DNA of 64,000 nucleotides, from the NCBI GenBank assembly GCA_963823555.1, contig CAWGMA010000004.1:640001-704000 (forward strand), read 5' to 3'. The DNA is from Candidatus Eiseniibacteriota bacterium. Lineage in GTDB: Bacteria; Eisenbacteria; RBG-16-71-46; CAVPCR01. Shown here piece after piece: positions 1 through 13,494 of this stretch; the stretch's first letter is position 1, and every line of letters starts with the position of its first letter. Under the pieces are notes generated by a model. The model worked only from the letters and a program-made list of their open reading frames with translations, searched no databases and was not told where the DNA came from. Position numbers and translations under genes: made by a program.

Positions 1-564
1 GATTACCTCCAAGGCCACCCGGACTTCGCGGTCACACCGGACGGCGTCGTGCATGCGGTGTGGGAGGCGATCAACGACGCGACGTTCCTCTCCAACCTGG
101 AATATGCCTACTCCACCGATGGCGGAACCACCTTCTCCACGCCCTGCGCCCTGAGTGGCGGGGCCGTCCACACGGAGTCGCTTCCCGTCGTGGCCCGGAC
201 CCCGGGGGGTGGACTCGCCATCGGCTGGCACGACGATCGTGCCGGCGATACGGACTGTTACGTGACGACCGCGCAGGCCGTGGCTGGCGCCGCTAGTGCC
301 GGTGCTCCGCCCACCCGCGCCTGGCCCACGGCGGCTCCGAATCCATTCACGAGCTCGCTCCGTATCGATCTACCCGCAGCCGACGTTCCATCCGCGCTTG
401 CGATCTACGATGCCCAGGGCCGGTTGGTTCGCGATCTCCTCCCCGACGGGGCGCGCGTGGAATGGAACGGACGCGATTCCAGAGGCGCGGCCGTGCCGGC
501 CGGCGTCTACTTCCTCAAGCACTCCGCTTCGGGGGGCACGTTGCGGGTGACCCGCCTCAATTAG
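1..564 (+). CDS. Secreted protein, 5'-partial, with BNR/propeller-like segment and C-terminal FlgD-Ig (T9SS-CTD-like) domain
   Basis: Frame is open from base 1 (DYLQGHPDFAVTPDGVVHAVWE). It contains YSTDGGTTFS (Asp-box-like) and the tail PNPF...IYDAQGRLVR...WNGRDSRG...GVYFL. Confidence 0.75.
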   Translation, partial: DYLQGHPDFAVTPDGVVHAVWEAINDATFLSNLEYAYSTDGGTTFSTPCALSGGAVHTESLPVVARTPGGGLAIGWHDDRAGDTDCYVTTAQAVAGAASAGAPPTRAWPTAAPNPFTSSLRIDLPAADVPSALAIYDAQGRLVRDLLPDGARVEWNGRDSRGAAVPAGVYFLKHSASGGTLRVTRLN

Positions 565-569
565 GCAAA

Positions 570-881
570 CTAGATCTCGTTCACCGGCCGCCGGCGCCTG
601 CTCACCCGCTTCTCCTTCTTCCGCCGGCGCTGTGTCTCGAGCTTGTGCAGGACCTGCTGGATCGCTTCCTGCATGTTGAAGCCACGAGCCTCCCCGCGGT
701 AGTACCCGCTCCGCGAGTGAATCCGGCCGCGAGCCCGGATCTCGGCGCCTTCCGGCTCCAGGATCCACTCGACGGCGACGATGCTCTGGAAATAGCGGTC
801 CAGTTCCTCCGCGGCGGCGCGAGCCAGTCGATTGGCCAGAGCCTTGTCGCCGGGAATCCGGCAGGTGACGATGATGACCAT
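570..881 (-). CDS. hpf: Ribosome hibernation promoting factor (HPF/RaiA, short form)
   Basis: 103 aa from ATG at 881 with AAGGGA RBS. Pattern LDRYFQSIVAVEWIL...EARGFNMQEAIQQVLHKLETQRRRKKEK resembles the S30AE/HPF fold. Confidence 0.7.
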   Translation of the reverse strand: MVIIVTCRIPGDKALANRLARAAAEELDRYFQSIVAVEWILEPEGAEIRARGRIHSRSGYYRGEARGFNMQEAIQQVLHKLETQRRRKKEKRVSRRRRPVNEI

Positions 882-894
882 CGGAGATTCTCCC

Positions 895-3804
895 TTATCG
901 CCTAGAGGCATGGACGGCCCGGCTCGATGAGCGAGTCGAGCCGCGGCCGGTGAGGAGAGCTACAGGAAGATCGGTGAGAATCTGCGCCACCTTGAGGCGG
1001 CGCGTTCCGCCCGGCGCGCGTTCGGTAGCGAGTTCATGGCCGGTGAGCGCGTCGATCCAGTGGAATGGAGCTCCTCCCGGGAGCGCGACCGCGGTCGCGC
1101 CCCAGGTCCGCGGGCCGAGCGGCATGCGGCGTCCGGCGCCGAGTGCCACGGGCAGCCGGGGCACGATGGCCAGGGCCCACTTCTTCCCGCGCACGCGCGC
1201 GAAGGCACAGATGTGGTCACGCTGTTTCCCGGTGGTACGCAGGGGAAGGTAGCGGCCCGACAGGAACAGCGCGGGTTCATCCCGCCGCAAGGACAGCGCC
1301 TTCCACAAGACGTGGAGCTTGATGGCGCCATCCTTCCACCGGGCGCGCATCTCGGTGAATCGGCGCGCGCCAAAGCCGCGGCCGAGGCCGGCCAGAAGCC
1401 GGGCGTTCAGAGCGAAATCGACCGGACCCCGGTTGTCGGGGTCCACGAGCCGCAGATCCCAGCGCTCGGCGCCCTGGTAGAGATCGGAAACGCCGGGAGC
1501 GGCGATGCGCAGGATGACCTGGGCCAGCCCGTTGACGGCGCCGGCCCGCGCCACCGGTTCCAGAAAGCGCTTGAAGTCGGCTAGGAATCGGTTGCCGGTG
1601 CCCGGCGCCAGGATGCGATCGGTGAAGGCGAGGAGGGCCGCTTCGTATTCGGCATCCGGCGCCACCCAGCTCGAGTTCACCTTGGCCTCGCGCGCTGCCT
1701 TGACGAGATACTCCTTCACGCGGCGGCGAAAGGCCGGTACGTCGCGCGGGGCGAGCGGCCAGGCGCCAAGGAGCGTCTGGTAGATGTGTGCCTCCACGTT
1801 GCGGTCGGGAACCAGCCGGCCGCGAACCGCCGGCCGCTTCCGAGCGTTCTGGCGATGCCACCGTTTGAGCCGGCGCTCCCAGATCTGCGGCATCTCGCTC
1901 AAGACCTGCAGGCGCGCGCGCACATCCTCCCCGCGTTTCGTGTCGTGGGTGGTCGTCGTGTTCATCGTGAGCGGTAGCCGGCGCGCACGTCGCGCCATCC
2001 GCTGGTGGAACTCCTGCGTGCCCAGCCCATCGCTTCCCGGCTCACCGCCCACATCGTTCAGCGCCAGGAGGCGGTTGTAGGTGTAGAAGGCCGTGTCCTC
2101 GACCCCCTTCGCCATGATCGGCCCGGTGAACTGCTGCCAGCGCATGACGAATGCGAGCCGGTCCGCCTGATCGGTTGCCGGGAGCTCGGCGGCCCCGGAG
2201 AGCAAGAGCACCCGGCGTACGAAATCGAAGGCGACATCGTTGATGCCGGGATTGAGGCGCCGGGCCAGGGCGATGGCGCGCTCGATCTCCCGCCGCTCGC
2301 GGGCCGGCGCCATGAGGTCGCGAACATACGTGCGATAGACGGAGAAGCAGATCATCACGGCGGACAAGGCCTGTTCGAGCTCGTCCGCCGGCAGGAGGCG
2401 GGCACGGGCATCCCGGGTGGCGAGTCGCATCAGAGCGAGGATCAGCGCCGAAAGCTCCGCTCCGAAGTGCATCGCCACGACGTGTCGCTTGCTCTCGAGA
2501 ATGTGCTCGGCGAACGGGCGCTCGTCTCCGGTGAAGCGAGCGTAGACCCCGGTGAGAGCGCCGCAGCCGGCGCCGTCCACCAGGAGCTCATTCACGAGAT
2601 TGAGGAAATCGTACCCGGTGGTCCCCTGAACCGGCCACTCCGGAGGCAGGTCCTCATCCGCCCCGAGGATCTTCTCGACGATGACATAGGCGTGCGGCCC
2701 GATCTCCGCGCGTATCCGCTCGAGGTAATCGAAGGGGTCAGCCAGCCCGTCGATGTGATCCACGCGTAAGCCGGCGATGAACCCGGAGCGCATGAGTTTG
2801 AGTAGAAAGCCATGACGAAGCGCGAAGACTTGCGGATCCTCGATACGTAGGCTTACGAGGTCGGTGATGTTGAAGAAGCGGCGATAGTTGCCGTCGTCGA
2901 CGCCCAGCCGCCAGTAGGCGAGGCGATAGTGCTGGATCCCGAGCAAACGGTCCAGGGCTTCGAAGCTCTGCGGGTCGCCGCGCCGGCCGTTCATCGCCCG
3001 CACGCGAGCGGCGAGAAACCGCTGGACGCGGGGCACGCTCGCGGCGAGCGCGTGAAGCTCGGCCTTGATCGCCAGGCGCCGGCGGTGATGGCTGGCGGCC
3101 GTGAGCCGCGGTGCGGAGTCGGCGAATCGGACCACCCGCTCGAGGTGCCGGTACCAGGCCCCGGCCACCTGCCGGTCGAGCTCACGCCCGAGCCCGGCGG
3201 CGTCGGGGCCGAGGATGAGCGGATAGGTCTCCACCCCCACCGGCAGTCGATGCTCGTAGTAGCGAATGCAGAAGCCCGCTGCGTCGAGCTCCAGCCGCAG
3301 CTGCCCGTCATAGAGAACCTGGCCGTAACGCGAGCCGAGAATGGGGACCAGCACCCGGCCCTTGAGATCGGGACGCGGCGGATTCCAGTTGATGTCGAAG
3401 GTGGCGGCGTGCGGCGAGAACATCCCCGCCTCGAGCACATCGGACCACCATGGGTTCTCCGTGCTCGCCGCCATGTGGTTGGGCACGACATCGAGCAGAA
3501 TCCCCATCCCGTACCGGCGGAGACGGTCGACCAGAGAGGTGAAGCCGGCCGCGCCTCCGATCTCCGGGTTGATCTGGTTCGGATCGACCACGTCATAGCC
3601 ATGGCTGCTGCCGCGACGGGCCTTGAAGATGGGCGAGGCATAGATGTGGGTGATGCCCAGGGCATGCAGATAGGGCACCAGGGCTTCGGCCTCGGCGAAG
3701 CCGAATGCGGCGTTGAGCTGTAACCGATAGGTGGCGATCGGAGCCGCGATTCCCGGGCGGCGCGTGGCGAGCGCTCGGCGGCGGTCGGTGCTCGTCATGC
3801 TCAC
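895..3804 (-). CDS. treY: Malto-oligosyltrehalose synthase (GH13)
   Basis: ATYRLQL, GSSHGYDVVD, DVVPNHM, NYRRFFNI, GLRVDHIDGL, MAKGVEDTAFY, THDTKRGED, LVDPDNRGPVDF. Confidence 0.95.
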   Translation of the reverse strand: MSMTSTDRRRALATRRPGIAAPIATYRLQLNAAFGFAEAEALVPYLHALGITHIYASPIFKARRGSSHGYDVVDPNQINPEIGGAAGFTSLVDRLRRYGMGILLDVVPNHMAASTENPWWSDVLEAGMFSPHAATFDINWNPPRPDLKGRVLVPILGSRYGQVLYDGQLRLELDAAGFCIRYYEHRLPVGVETYPLILGPDAAGLGRELDRQVAGAWYRHLERVVRFADSAPRLTAASHHRRRLAIKAELHALAASVPRVQRFLAARVRAMNGRRGDPQSFEALDRLLGIQHYRLAYWRLGVDDGNYRRFFNITDLVSLRIEDPQVFALRHGFLLKLMRSGFIAGLRVDHIDGLADPFDYLERIRAEIGPHAYVIVEKILGADEDLPPEWPVQGTTGYDFLNLVNELLVDGAGCGALTGVYARFTGDERPFAEHILESKRHVVAMHFGAELSALILALMRLATRDARARLLPADELEQALSAVMICFSVYRTYVRDLMAPARERREIERAIALARRLNPGINDVAFDFVRRVLLLSGAAELPATDQADRLAFVMRWQQFTGPIMAKGVEDTAFYTYNRLLALNDVGGEPGSDGLGTQEFHQRMARRARRLPLTMNTTTTHDTKRGEDVRARLQVLSEMPQIWERRLKRWHRQNARKRPAVRGRLVPDRNVEAHIYQTLLGAWPLAPRDVPAFRRRVKEYLVKAAREAKVNSSWVAPDAEYEAALLAFTDRILAPGTGNRFLADFKRFLEPVARAGAVNGLAQVILRIAAPGVSDLYQGAERWDLRLVDPDNRGPVDFALNARLLAGLGRGFGARRFTEMRARWKDGAIKLHVLWKALSLRRDEPALFLSGRYLPLRTTGKQRDHICAFARVRGKKWALAIVPRLPVALGAGRRMPLGPRTWGATAVALPGGAPFHWIDALTGHELATERAPGGTRRLKVAQILTDLPVALLTGRGSTRSSSRAVHASRR

Positions 3805-6221
3805 TCCCCGACGTGGATACCGAGTAGCTCGCCGAGCGAGGTGAAGTAGCGCATCCAGGTCGTCGCCCCTGGCGTCTGACGGTCCCGCATCCGGGGATCG
3901 ATCTCACGCATCAGTTCATGGAACTGGTTCTGGACCCGCCACAGGTTGGAGTCGAGGTTGGTGCTCACCGCGATGCGGACCAGGCCCTGGATCCGCTGCA
4001 AGAGGGCGAGCTTCTCAGGAGTCCTGGCAAAGGACTCCATCAGGCGCTCCAGGGTACGGGTCATGGCATAGCCGAGTCCCGCGGTATCGAGGGCGACTCG
4101 CTCGAGCTCGGCCGCGCTCAGGAGCGAGCGAATGTGATCGAGGTCGGGCTCTTCCTCGGCCAGGGCGCGGCCGATCGAGCTGTTGAGCGCGAACTCGGCC
4201 GCATTGTGCAGTGCTCTGGGAGCCGGGGTTCCGAGCTCGGCCAGGAAGCGGAGGATCGGGGCATGGTGCTCGTAGATTTGGCGCATCGTGCTCTCCGCGT
4301 CGGCGAGCGTTGTCTCCAGGATGAGCCCGATCACCTTGCGCTGCTCATCGCGGAAGAGCGAACGCAGGGAGGAGGTGACACCCGCGAAGTGGTGGTCGAG
4401 CACGCGCACCGTGGCCGGCAGGTCACCGGTCACGAACGCCTCGCTGGCTTCCTGCACCAGCGAGTCATAGGCCTCGGTCCCGCGGTACTCGCGCACGCCG
4501 GCCTGGATGTTGTGATCGCCGAAGTGCAGGACACCGTAGCTCAGGTTGGCCGTCTCTCCGGTGATCTCGGAGGTGATGCGCGCCCGGCCGACCAGGAGCC
4601 GGCGCCGCCCGGCATGGGCGCGCATGGCGTCCTCGCGATCCACGGCATAGCAGTAGATCCGGTCCTTGTCGGCATAGCTCTCGAAGAGCGAGCTGATGGC
4701 ATAGTGGGCAGCCACGCTCTTCAGGTCGACCATGGCGGGACGGACGAACTTCTCGTAGATGCGCTGGCCGTCTCCATGTTCGGGGAGGTTGCTCTTGGCC
4801 GCGCTCAGGCGCTCGAGGAATCCCGCCTCGAGGTCATCAGCCCCCAGCACCCGCTCGGCGAGCTGGAGGGCGCGTCCGGCGTACTGGATGACCTGCACGG
4901 TCTCGATGCCCGAGAGCTCGTCGAAGAACCAGCCGCAGCTCGTGTACATGAGCATGGCATGCCGCTGGAGCTCGAGGAGCTCGAGGGCGGCGACCCGGTC
5001 CTCCGGTGCGAGATCCTGACGGGCGTGGCGCGTGAAGAACGCCGCCTGGCTCTCGAGCGAGCGATCGAGAACAACCCGGATGTAGTCGTCCCGCGCCGCC
5101 CAGGGATCCTCGAGCAGGCGCCCTGCTTTCTCCTCGAAGCGGGGAGCCAGGGCGTCGCGCAGCCAGTCGAGCGCGTCGCGGAGCGGAGTGCGCCATTCTT
5201 GATTCCATCCGGCGTGGCCCGTGTTGCAGCTGCAGTCGCGATACCAGCGACCGACACCGTGCACGCAGCTCCAGGCCGTCGGCGTGAAGAGTTCGACTTC
5301 GTGCGTTGGGGGATGACGTTCCAGGAACTCGCCGTAGATGGTGAGCGTCACCGCGGGTGCTTCCTCGATGGTGTGAAGCGCATACGCCAGGGCCATATCC
5401 CCGTGGTGATGGTGATGTCCGTAGCTCTCGCCATCGGTGGCGATGTGTCCGAGCTGCGGCCAGTCGCGCTCGTCGGACAGCGTGTCGAGGAGTCGCTCGG
5501 CGAAGCGCCGTCCGTCGGAGAGAAGGCCCTCGAAGGCGACGCCATGGGAGACCGGGCCATCGTAGAAGAAGACGGCGATCGAGCGGCCGCTGGGCAGGTT
5601 CACGCGATAGGCCCGGCTGGGATCGATCCGGGCGCCGCTGACATCATGCCAGCCGCGGCCACCGATGCGGCGCACGCGCCGCGCCTGCCCCGGGGCGAGA
5701 ATGGTGAAGGCGATCCCTTGCTCGGCGAGCGCTTCGAGGCTCGCCTCATCGACCGCAGTCTCCGGGAGCCACATTCCCTCCGGCCGTCGGCCGAACCGGT
5801 GCTCGAAATCGGCGATCCCCCATATCACCTGGGTGTGCCGATCGCGCTCGGTGGCCAGGGGCAAGATCATGTGGTTGTAGACCTGGGCGGTGGCGCAGCC
5901 ATGTCCGGAGAATCGCCCCTGGCTCTCACGATCCGCGTCGAGGACCGCCGCATAGGTCTGTGGCGCTCTCTCCGCGAGCCAGCTCAGGAGCGTCGGCCCG
6001 AAATTGAAACTGATTCGCGAATAGTTGTTGACGATCTGCTCGATCCGTCCGCTCTCGCCCAGGATGCGTGACGCGCCGTTGGGAGTGTAGCACTCGGCGG
6101 TGATTCGCTCGTTCCAGTCGTGGTACGGGTAGGCCGAATCCTGGAGCTCGATGGCCTCCAGCCACGGGTTCTCGCGCGGCGGCTGGTAGAAGTGTCCATG
6201 CAGGCAGACGTAACGCTCCAT
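3801..6221 (-). CDS. GH57-family glycoside hydrolase with DUF3536 domain
   Basis: HGHFYQPPRENPW, PEGMWLPETAVD, ATDGESYGHH, WSCVHGVGRW, MYTSCGWFFDE. Overlaps the treY start by 4 bp. Confidence 0.9.
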   Translation of the reverse strand: MERYVCLHGHFYQPPRENPWLEAIELQDSAYPYHDWNERITAECYTPNGASRILGESGRIEQIVNNYSRISFNFGPTLLSWLAERAPQTYAAVLDADRESQGRFSGHGCATAQVYNHMILPLATERDRHTQVIWGIADFEHRFGRRPEGMWLPETAVDEASLEALAEQGIAFTILAPGQARRVRRIGGRGWHDVSGARIDPSRAYRVNLPSGRSIAVFFYDGPVSHGVAFEGLLSDGRRFAERLLDTLSDERDWPQLGHIATDGESYGHHHHHGDMALAYALHTIEEAPAVTLTIYGEFLERHPPTHEVELFTPTAWSCVHGVGRWYRDCSCNTGHAGWNQEWRTPLRDALDWLRDALAPRFEEKAGRLLEDPWAARDDYIRVVLDRSLESQAAFFTRHARQDLAPEDRVAALELLELQRHAMLMYTSCGWFFDELSGIETVQVIQYAGRALQLAERVLGADDLEAGFLERLSAAKSNLPEHGDGQRIYEKFVRPAMVDLKSVAAHYAISSLFESYADKDRIYCYAVDREDAMRAHAGRRRLLVGRARITSEITGETANLSYGVLHFGDHNIQAGVREYRGTEAYDSLVQEASEAFVTGDLPATVRVLDHHFAGVTSSLRSLFRDEQRKVIGLILETTLADAESTMRQIYEHHAPILRFLAELGTPAPRALHNAAEFALNSSIGRALAEEEPDLDHIRSLLSAAELERVALDTAGLGYAMTRTLERLMESFARTPEKLALLQRIQGLVRIAVSTNLDSNLWRVQNQFHELMREIDPRMRDRQTPGATTWMRYFTSLGELLGIHVGE

Positions 6222-6236
6222 CCTTGTTTCGCTCCT

Positions 6237-8073
6237 TCAGCGCGTGAAGAGGACCACGGACTCCGGGCTCAGGTGGATCTGGGCGCTCGGTTGGACCGTT
6301 TCGGGGATCGAGCTCCCGGGGCCGGCCCAGCGCTCGGCCGCGGAGTCGAGCCGCAAGCGCCAGGGACCCGGCTCGGAGGCGACCGTGATCGGGACTGGTT
6401 GCCGGCCGAAGTTGATGAGAGTGATCGCCCGCGCCGGATGGAGCCCCCGGTCCAGACGCAGCACCCGCGTCGCTTGATCCCCGTGGACCACCATCTCTTC
6501 CTTCTTCAAGCGGGCGAGGGCCGGGATCTCCCGGCGCAGGCGCAAGCACTCGGCATGGAAGCGATACAGCGCCTGATGGCGGCCTTCATGGCGCAGCCCA
6601 TGGTCGAGGCGCGCGCTCAGGAATGTCTCCTCGGCCTGCGGATCAGGGATCTCCCCTTCCCAGGCGAAGCCGGCGAACTCCTCCTGCCTTCCGTGACGCA
6701 CCGCCGCCACCAGATCGGGATCGGAATGGCTCACGAAGTAGGGAAAGGGTGCGGTCTCCCCGTACTCCTCGCCCATGAACAGGAGCGGAATGAAGGGGGA
6801 TAGGATGACGGCACCGGCCGCGACCTTGAGCGCTTCGAAGGAGACAAGCTGGCTCCGCCGGTCGCCTTGCCGGCGATTCCCCACCTGATCATGGTTCTGC
6901 GAGAAGACGACGAAGCGATCGGCGGGAACGGCGAGCGACGAGGTGCCGTGACGGCGGCGGCGAAAGCCCGAGTACTGCCCGGAGAGGACGAACCCCTCGC
7001 GGTACGCCTTGACGAGGTCGTCGAAGTGGCTGAAGTCCGCGTAGTAGCCGTCCTTCTCTCCCGTGAGGACGCAATGGAGCGCGTGGTGGAGGTCATCGTT
7101 CCACTGGGCGTCGAAACCGAGTCCGCCGGCTTCGGTCGGACGGAGAACGCGCACATCGTTGAGGCTGCTCTCGGCGACCACCTGGACCTCGCGCTCCAGG
7201 GCCGTCGAGCTCTGCTTGACGGCGGCCACGAGCTCTCCCAGGAAGGGGGATCCCGAGAAATCGAAGATGCCGTGCACGGCATCCACGCGCAGGATGTCGA
7301 TGTGGAAGTCGACGATCCAGGACACGGCGTTCTGGATGAAGAAGTCGCCGGACCTCGTCGCTGTCCGGACCGTCGAAGTTGACGGCCATCCCCCAGGGTG
7401 TGCGGTAGCGGCCGGAGAAGTAGGGCGCGAAGTCGCCGAGGTAGTTGCCCTCGGGTCCGAGATGGTTGTAGACCACATCGAGCGCCACGGCGAGACCACG
7501 CTCGTGGCAGGCGTCGACGAAGTTCATGAGCCCGGACGGACCGCCATAGCTCGCCTGCACCGCATAGGGATAGACGCCGTCGTAGCCCCAGTTGCGCTCG
7601 CCGGGGAACTGGGCGACCGGCATGATCTCGATCGCGGTCACGCCGAGGTCGCTGAGCGCGTCGAGGTGCGCGATCGCGGCGTCGAAGGTGCCCTCGGCGG
7701 TGAACGTGCCGACGTGGAGCTCGTAGAAGACGAGCTTCTGGCGGGGGAGGCCGCGCCAGGAGCGATCGTGCCAGGCGTGAGCCGCGACGTCGACGACCGC
7801 CGAGGGGCCGTGCACGCCCCGCGGCTGGGAGCGCGAGGCGGGATCGGGTCGCTCGCGTTCCCCGTCCGAGCGGTGGAGCCGGTAGAGGTAGAGATGTCCA
7901 GGGCTGACACCATCGAGGACGCCCTCGTGATAGCCGCGCGCGGTCCTGTTGAGGGCATGAACGCGCTCGACCGGTTCGACGATGCGCACCTCGACCTGTT
8001 CGGCGGCCGGGGCCCAGACCCGGAAGCGACAGCGCCCCCCGGAGAGCGGGATGGCGCCGAGATCAGGCGTCAT
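6237..8073 (-). CDS. treZ: Malto-oligosyltrehalose trehalohydrolase (one apparent frameshift near 7345)
   Basis: ORF 7093..8073 gives [38 protein letters not shown] 6237..7499 gives [35 protein letters not shown]. Confidence 0.9.
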
Positions 8074-10033
8074 GGGTCGCGCTCTTGAAGAAGACCGCCG
8101 CCAGCGGCGGCAGCACCACGTTCACCGACCAGCGGCGACCATGCGCCGGGATCGGAGTCGCCTCGAGGCCGCCGAGGTTGCCCTGCCCGCTGCCGCCGTA
8201 GATCGACGCGTCTCCGTTCAGGATCTCGCGCCAGGCGCCGCTCCGCGGCACGCCCACGCGATAGTTGTGACGGGGAATCGGCGTCAGATTCATGGCCACG
8301 AGGATCACGTCGGCGGGGTTCCGGCCGCGGCGCAGGAACGAGAGAACGCTGTTCTCGGAGTCGTTGGCATCCACCCACTCGAACCCGGCCGGGTTCGTAT
8401 CGAACTCATGCAGGGCCGGCTCGCTCTTGTAGATGCGGTTGAGATCGGCCACCCAGCGCGCGATGCCCTGGTGTAGCGGCTCCGCCAGGAGATGCCAGTC
8501 CAGGCTCGTCTCGTGGTACCACTCGTTCCACTGGCCGAAATCCCCCCCCATGAACAGGAGCTTCTTCCCGGCTGGGCGTACATGTAGCCGAGAAGCAGGC
8601 GCAGGTTGGCGAACTTCTGCCAATGGTCCCCCGCCATGCGCTGCAGCAGCGAGCCCTTGCCGTGAACGACCTCGTCGTGGGAGAGGGGGAGCACGAAGTT
8701 CTCGTGAAAGGCATACAGCATGCGGAAGGTCAGGTCGTTGTGATGGAAGCGGCGGTGAATCGGATCCAGGGCCATGTACTTCAAGCGTGTCGTGCATCCA
8801 GCCCATGTCCCACTTGAGCCCGAATCCGAGCCCGCCGACATAGAGCGGGCGAGAGACCATCGGCCAGGAGGTCGATTCCTCGGCGATCGTCTGCACATCA
8901 GGAAAGCGGGCGTAGATCGCCTCGTTCAAGCTGCGCAGGAAGGAGATGGCCTCGAGGTTCTCCCGCCCCCCGTAACGATTCGGGATCCACTCGCCTTCGC
9001 GGCGCGAGTAGTCGAGATAGAGCATCGAGGCCACGGCATCCACGCGCAGCCCGTCGGCGTGGTACTTGTCGAGCCACAGGAAGGCGCTGCTGAGGTCAGG
9101 AAGCTCCGGACCTCGTTCCGTCCGTAGTTGAAGATGTAGCTGTTCCAGTCGGGGTGGAATCCCTGGCGCGGATCCTGGTGCTCGAAGAGGTGAGTGCCGT
9201 CGAAGTAGCAAAGGCCGTGCTCGTCGCTCGGGAAGTGCGAGGGAACCCAGTCGAGGATGACCCCGATGCCGCGCTGGTGGAGGTAGTCGATCAGGTACAT
9301 GAAGTCCTGAGGCGAGCCGTAACGACTCGTGGGCGCGAAGAAGCCGGTGACCTGGTAGCCCCATGAACCGTAGAAGGGATGCTCCATGACCGGCAGGATC
9401 TCGACGTGGGTGATAGCCCATGCGCTCGACATGATCGGCGAGAGCCGGCGCCAGCTCCCGGTAGGTGAGGGGACGGTTTCCCTCCTCCGTGACGCGGCGC
9501 CAGGATCCGAGGTGGACCTCGTAGATGGCGATCGGGCCCGCGAGCGAGTTCTTCGGCGCGCGTCCGGCCATCCACTCGGCGTCGCCCCAGGTGTAGTCCA
9601 GGTCCCAGACCACCGAGGCGGTGCGGGGTGGCACCTCGTGCTTGACAGCGAAGGGATCGGCCTTGTCCACGCGGTAGCCGTTGTGCCGTGACTGGATGTG
9701 GTACTTGTAAACGCTCCCGCGTTCCACTCCCGGGATGAACCCCTGCCAGATCCCAGATGAACTCGGCCGCAATGGATGTTGCTTCTTGCTCCAGCCGTTG
9801 AATTCCCCGCTCACGAAGACCTGCTCCGCATTGGGGGCCCACACGGCGAACTGGGTGCCGAGAACGCCGTCGAGGGAGATGACGTGCGATCCCAGTCTGT
9901 CATAGAGACCGGTGTGGGTGCCCTCGTTCATCAGATAGTGATCCTGATCGCCGATCCACTTGGGGTTGGCTTCGACCGTCTGGGCTCCGGGGGGTCTGGG
10001 CCTGGCCGAACGGATATCGCGAGACATGGTCAT
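8063..10033 (-). CDS. glgB: 1,4-alpha-glucan branching enzyme (about 4 apparent frameshifts near 9415, 9085, 8785, 8570)
   Basis: ATG at 10033 with [91 protein letters not shown] and KKLLFMG are spread over three frames. Confidence 0.9.
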   Translation of the reverse strand: MTMSRDIRSARPRPPGAQTVEANPKWIGDQDHYLMNEGTHTGLYDRLGSHVISLDGVLGTQFAVWAPNAEQVFVSGEFNGWSKKQHPLRPSSSGIWQGFIPGVERGSVYKYHIQSRHNGYRVDKADPFAVKHEVPPRTASVVWDLDYTWGDAEWMAGRAPKNSLAGPIAIYEVHLGSWRRVTEEGNRPLTYRELAPALADHVERMGYHPRRDPAGHGASLLRFMGLPGHRLLRAHESLRLASGLHVPDRLPPPARHRGHPRLGSLALPERRARPLLLRRHSPLRAPGSAPGIPPRLEQLHLQLRTERGPELPDLSSAFLWLDKYHADGLRVDAVASMLYLDYSRREGEWIPNRYGGRENLEAISFLRSLNEAIYARFPDVQTIAEESTSWPMVSRPLYVGGLGFGLKWDMGWMHDTLEVHGPGSDSPPLPSQRPDLPHAVCLSRELRAPPLPRRGRSRQGLAAAAHGGGPLAEVRQPAPASRLHVRPAGKKLLFMGGDFGQWNEWYHETSLDWHLLAEPLHQGIARWVADLNRIYKSEPALHEFDTNPAGFEWVDANDSENSVLSFLRRGRNPADVILVAMNLTPIPRHNYRVGVPRSGAWREILNGDASIYGGSGQGNLGGLEATPIPAHGRRWSVNVVLPPLAAVFFKSATHDA

Positions 10034-10097
10034 CGCGGGCCTCCTTTCAATTGAAGGGAGAGAGGATAGGCGGGGCGCCGCGGCCGCGGACGGGACG

Positions 10098-13436
<3,339 letters not shown>

Positions 13437-13494
13437 AATCTCCGATTTTGAGTGCTATACCGTCCGTGGCCATTGTGCCGAGCCTGCGTTGTTG

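Noticed and set aside
6237..10033. treZ and glgB as true pseudogenes
   Set aside because: All catalytic motifs are intact across frames and the rest of the operon is complete; indel sequencing errors are more likely.
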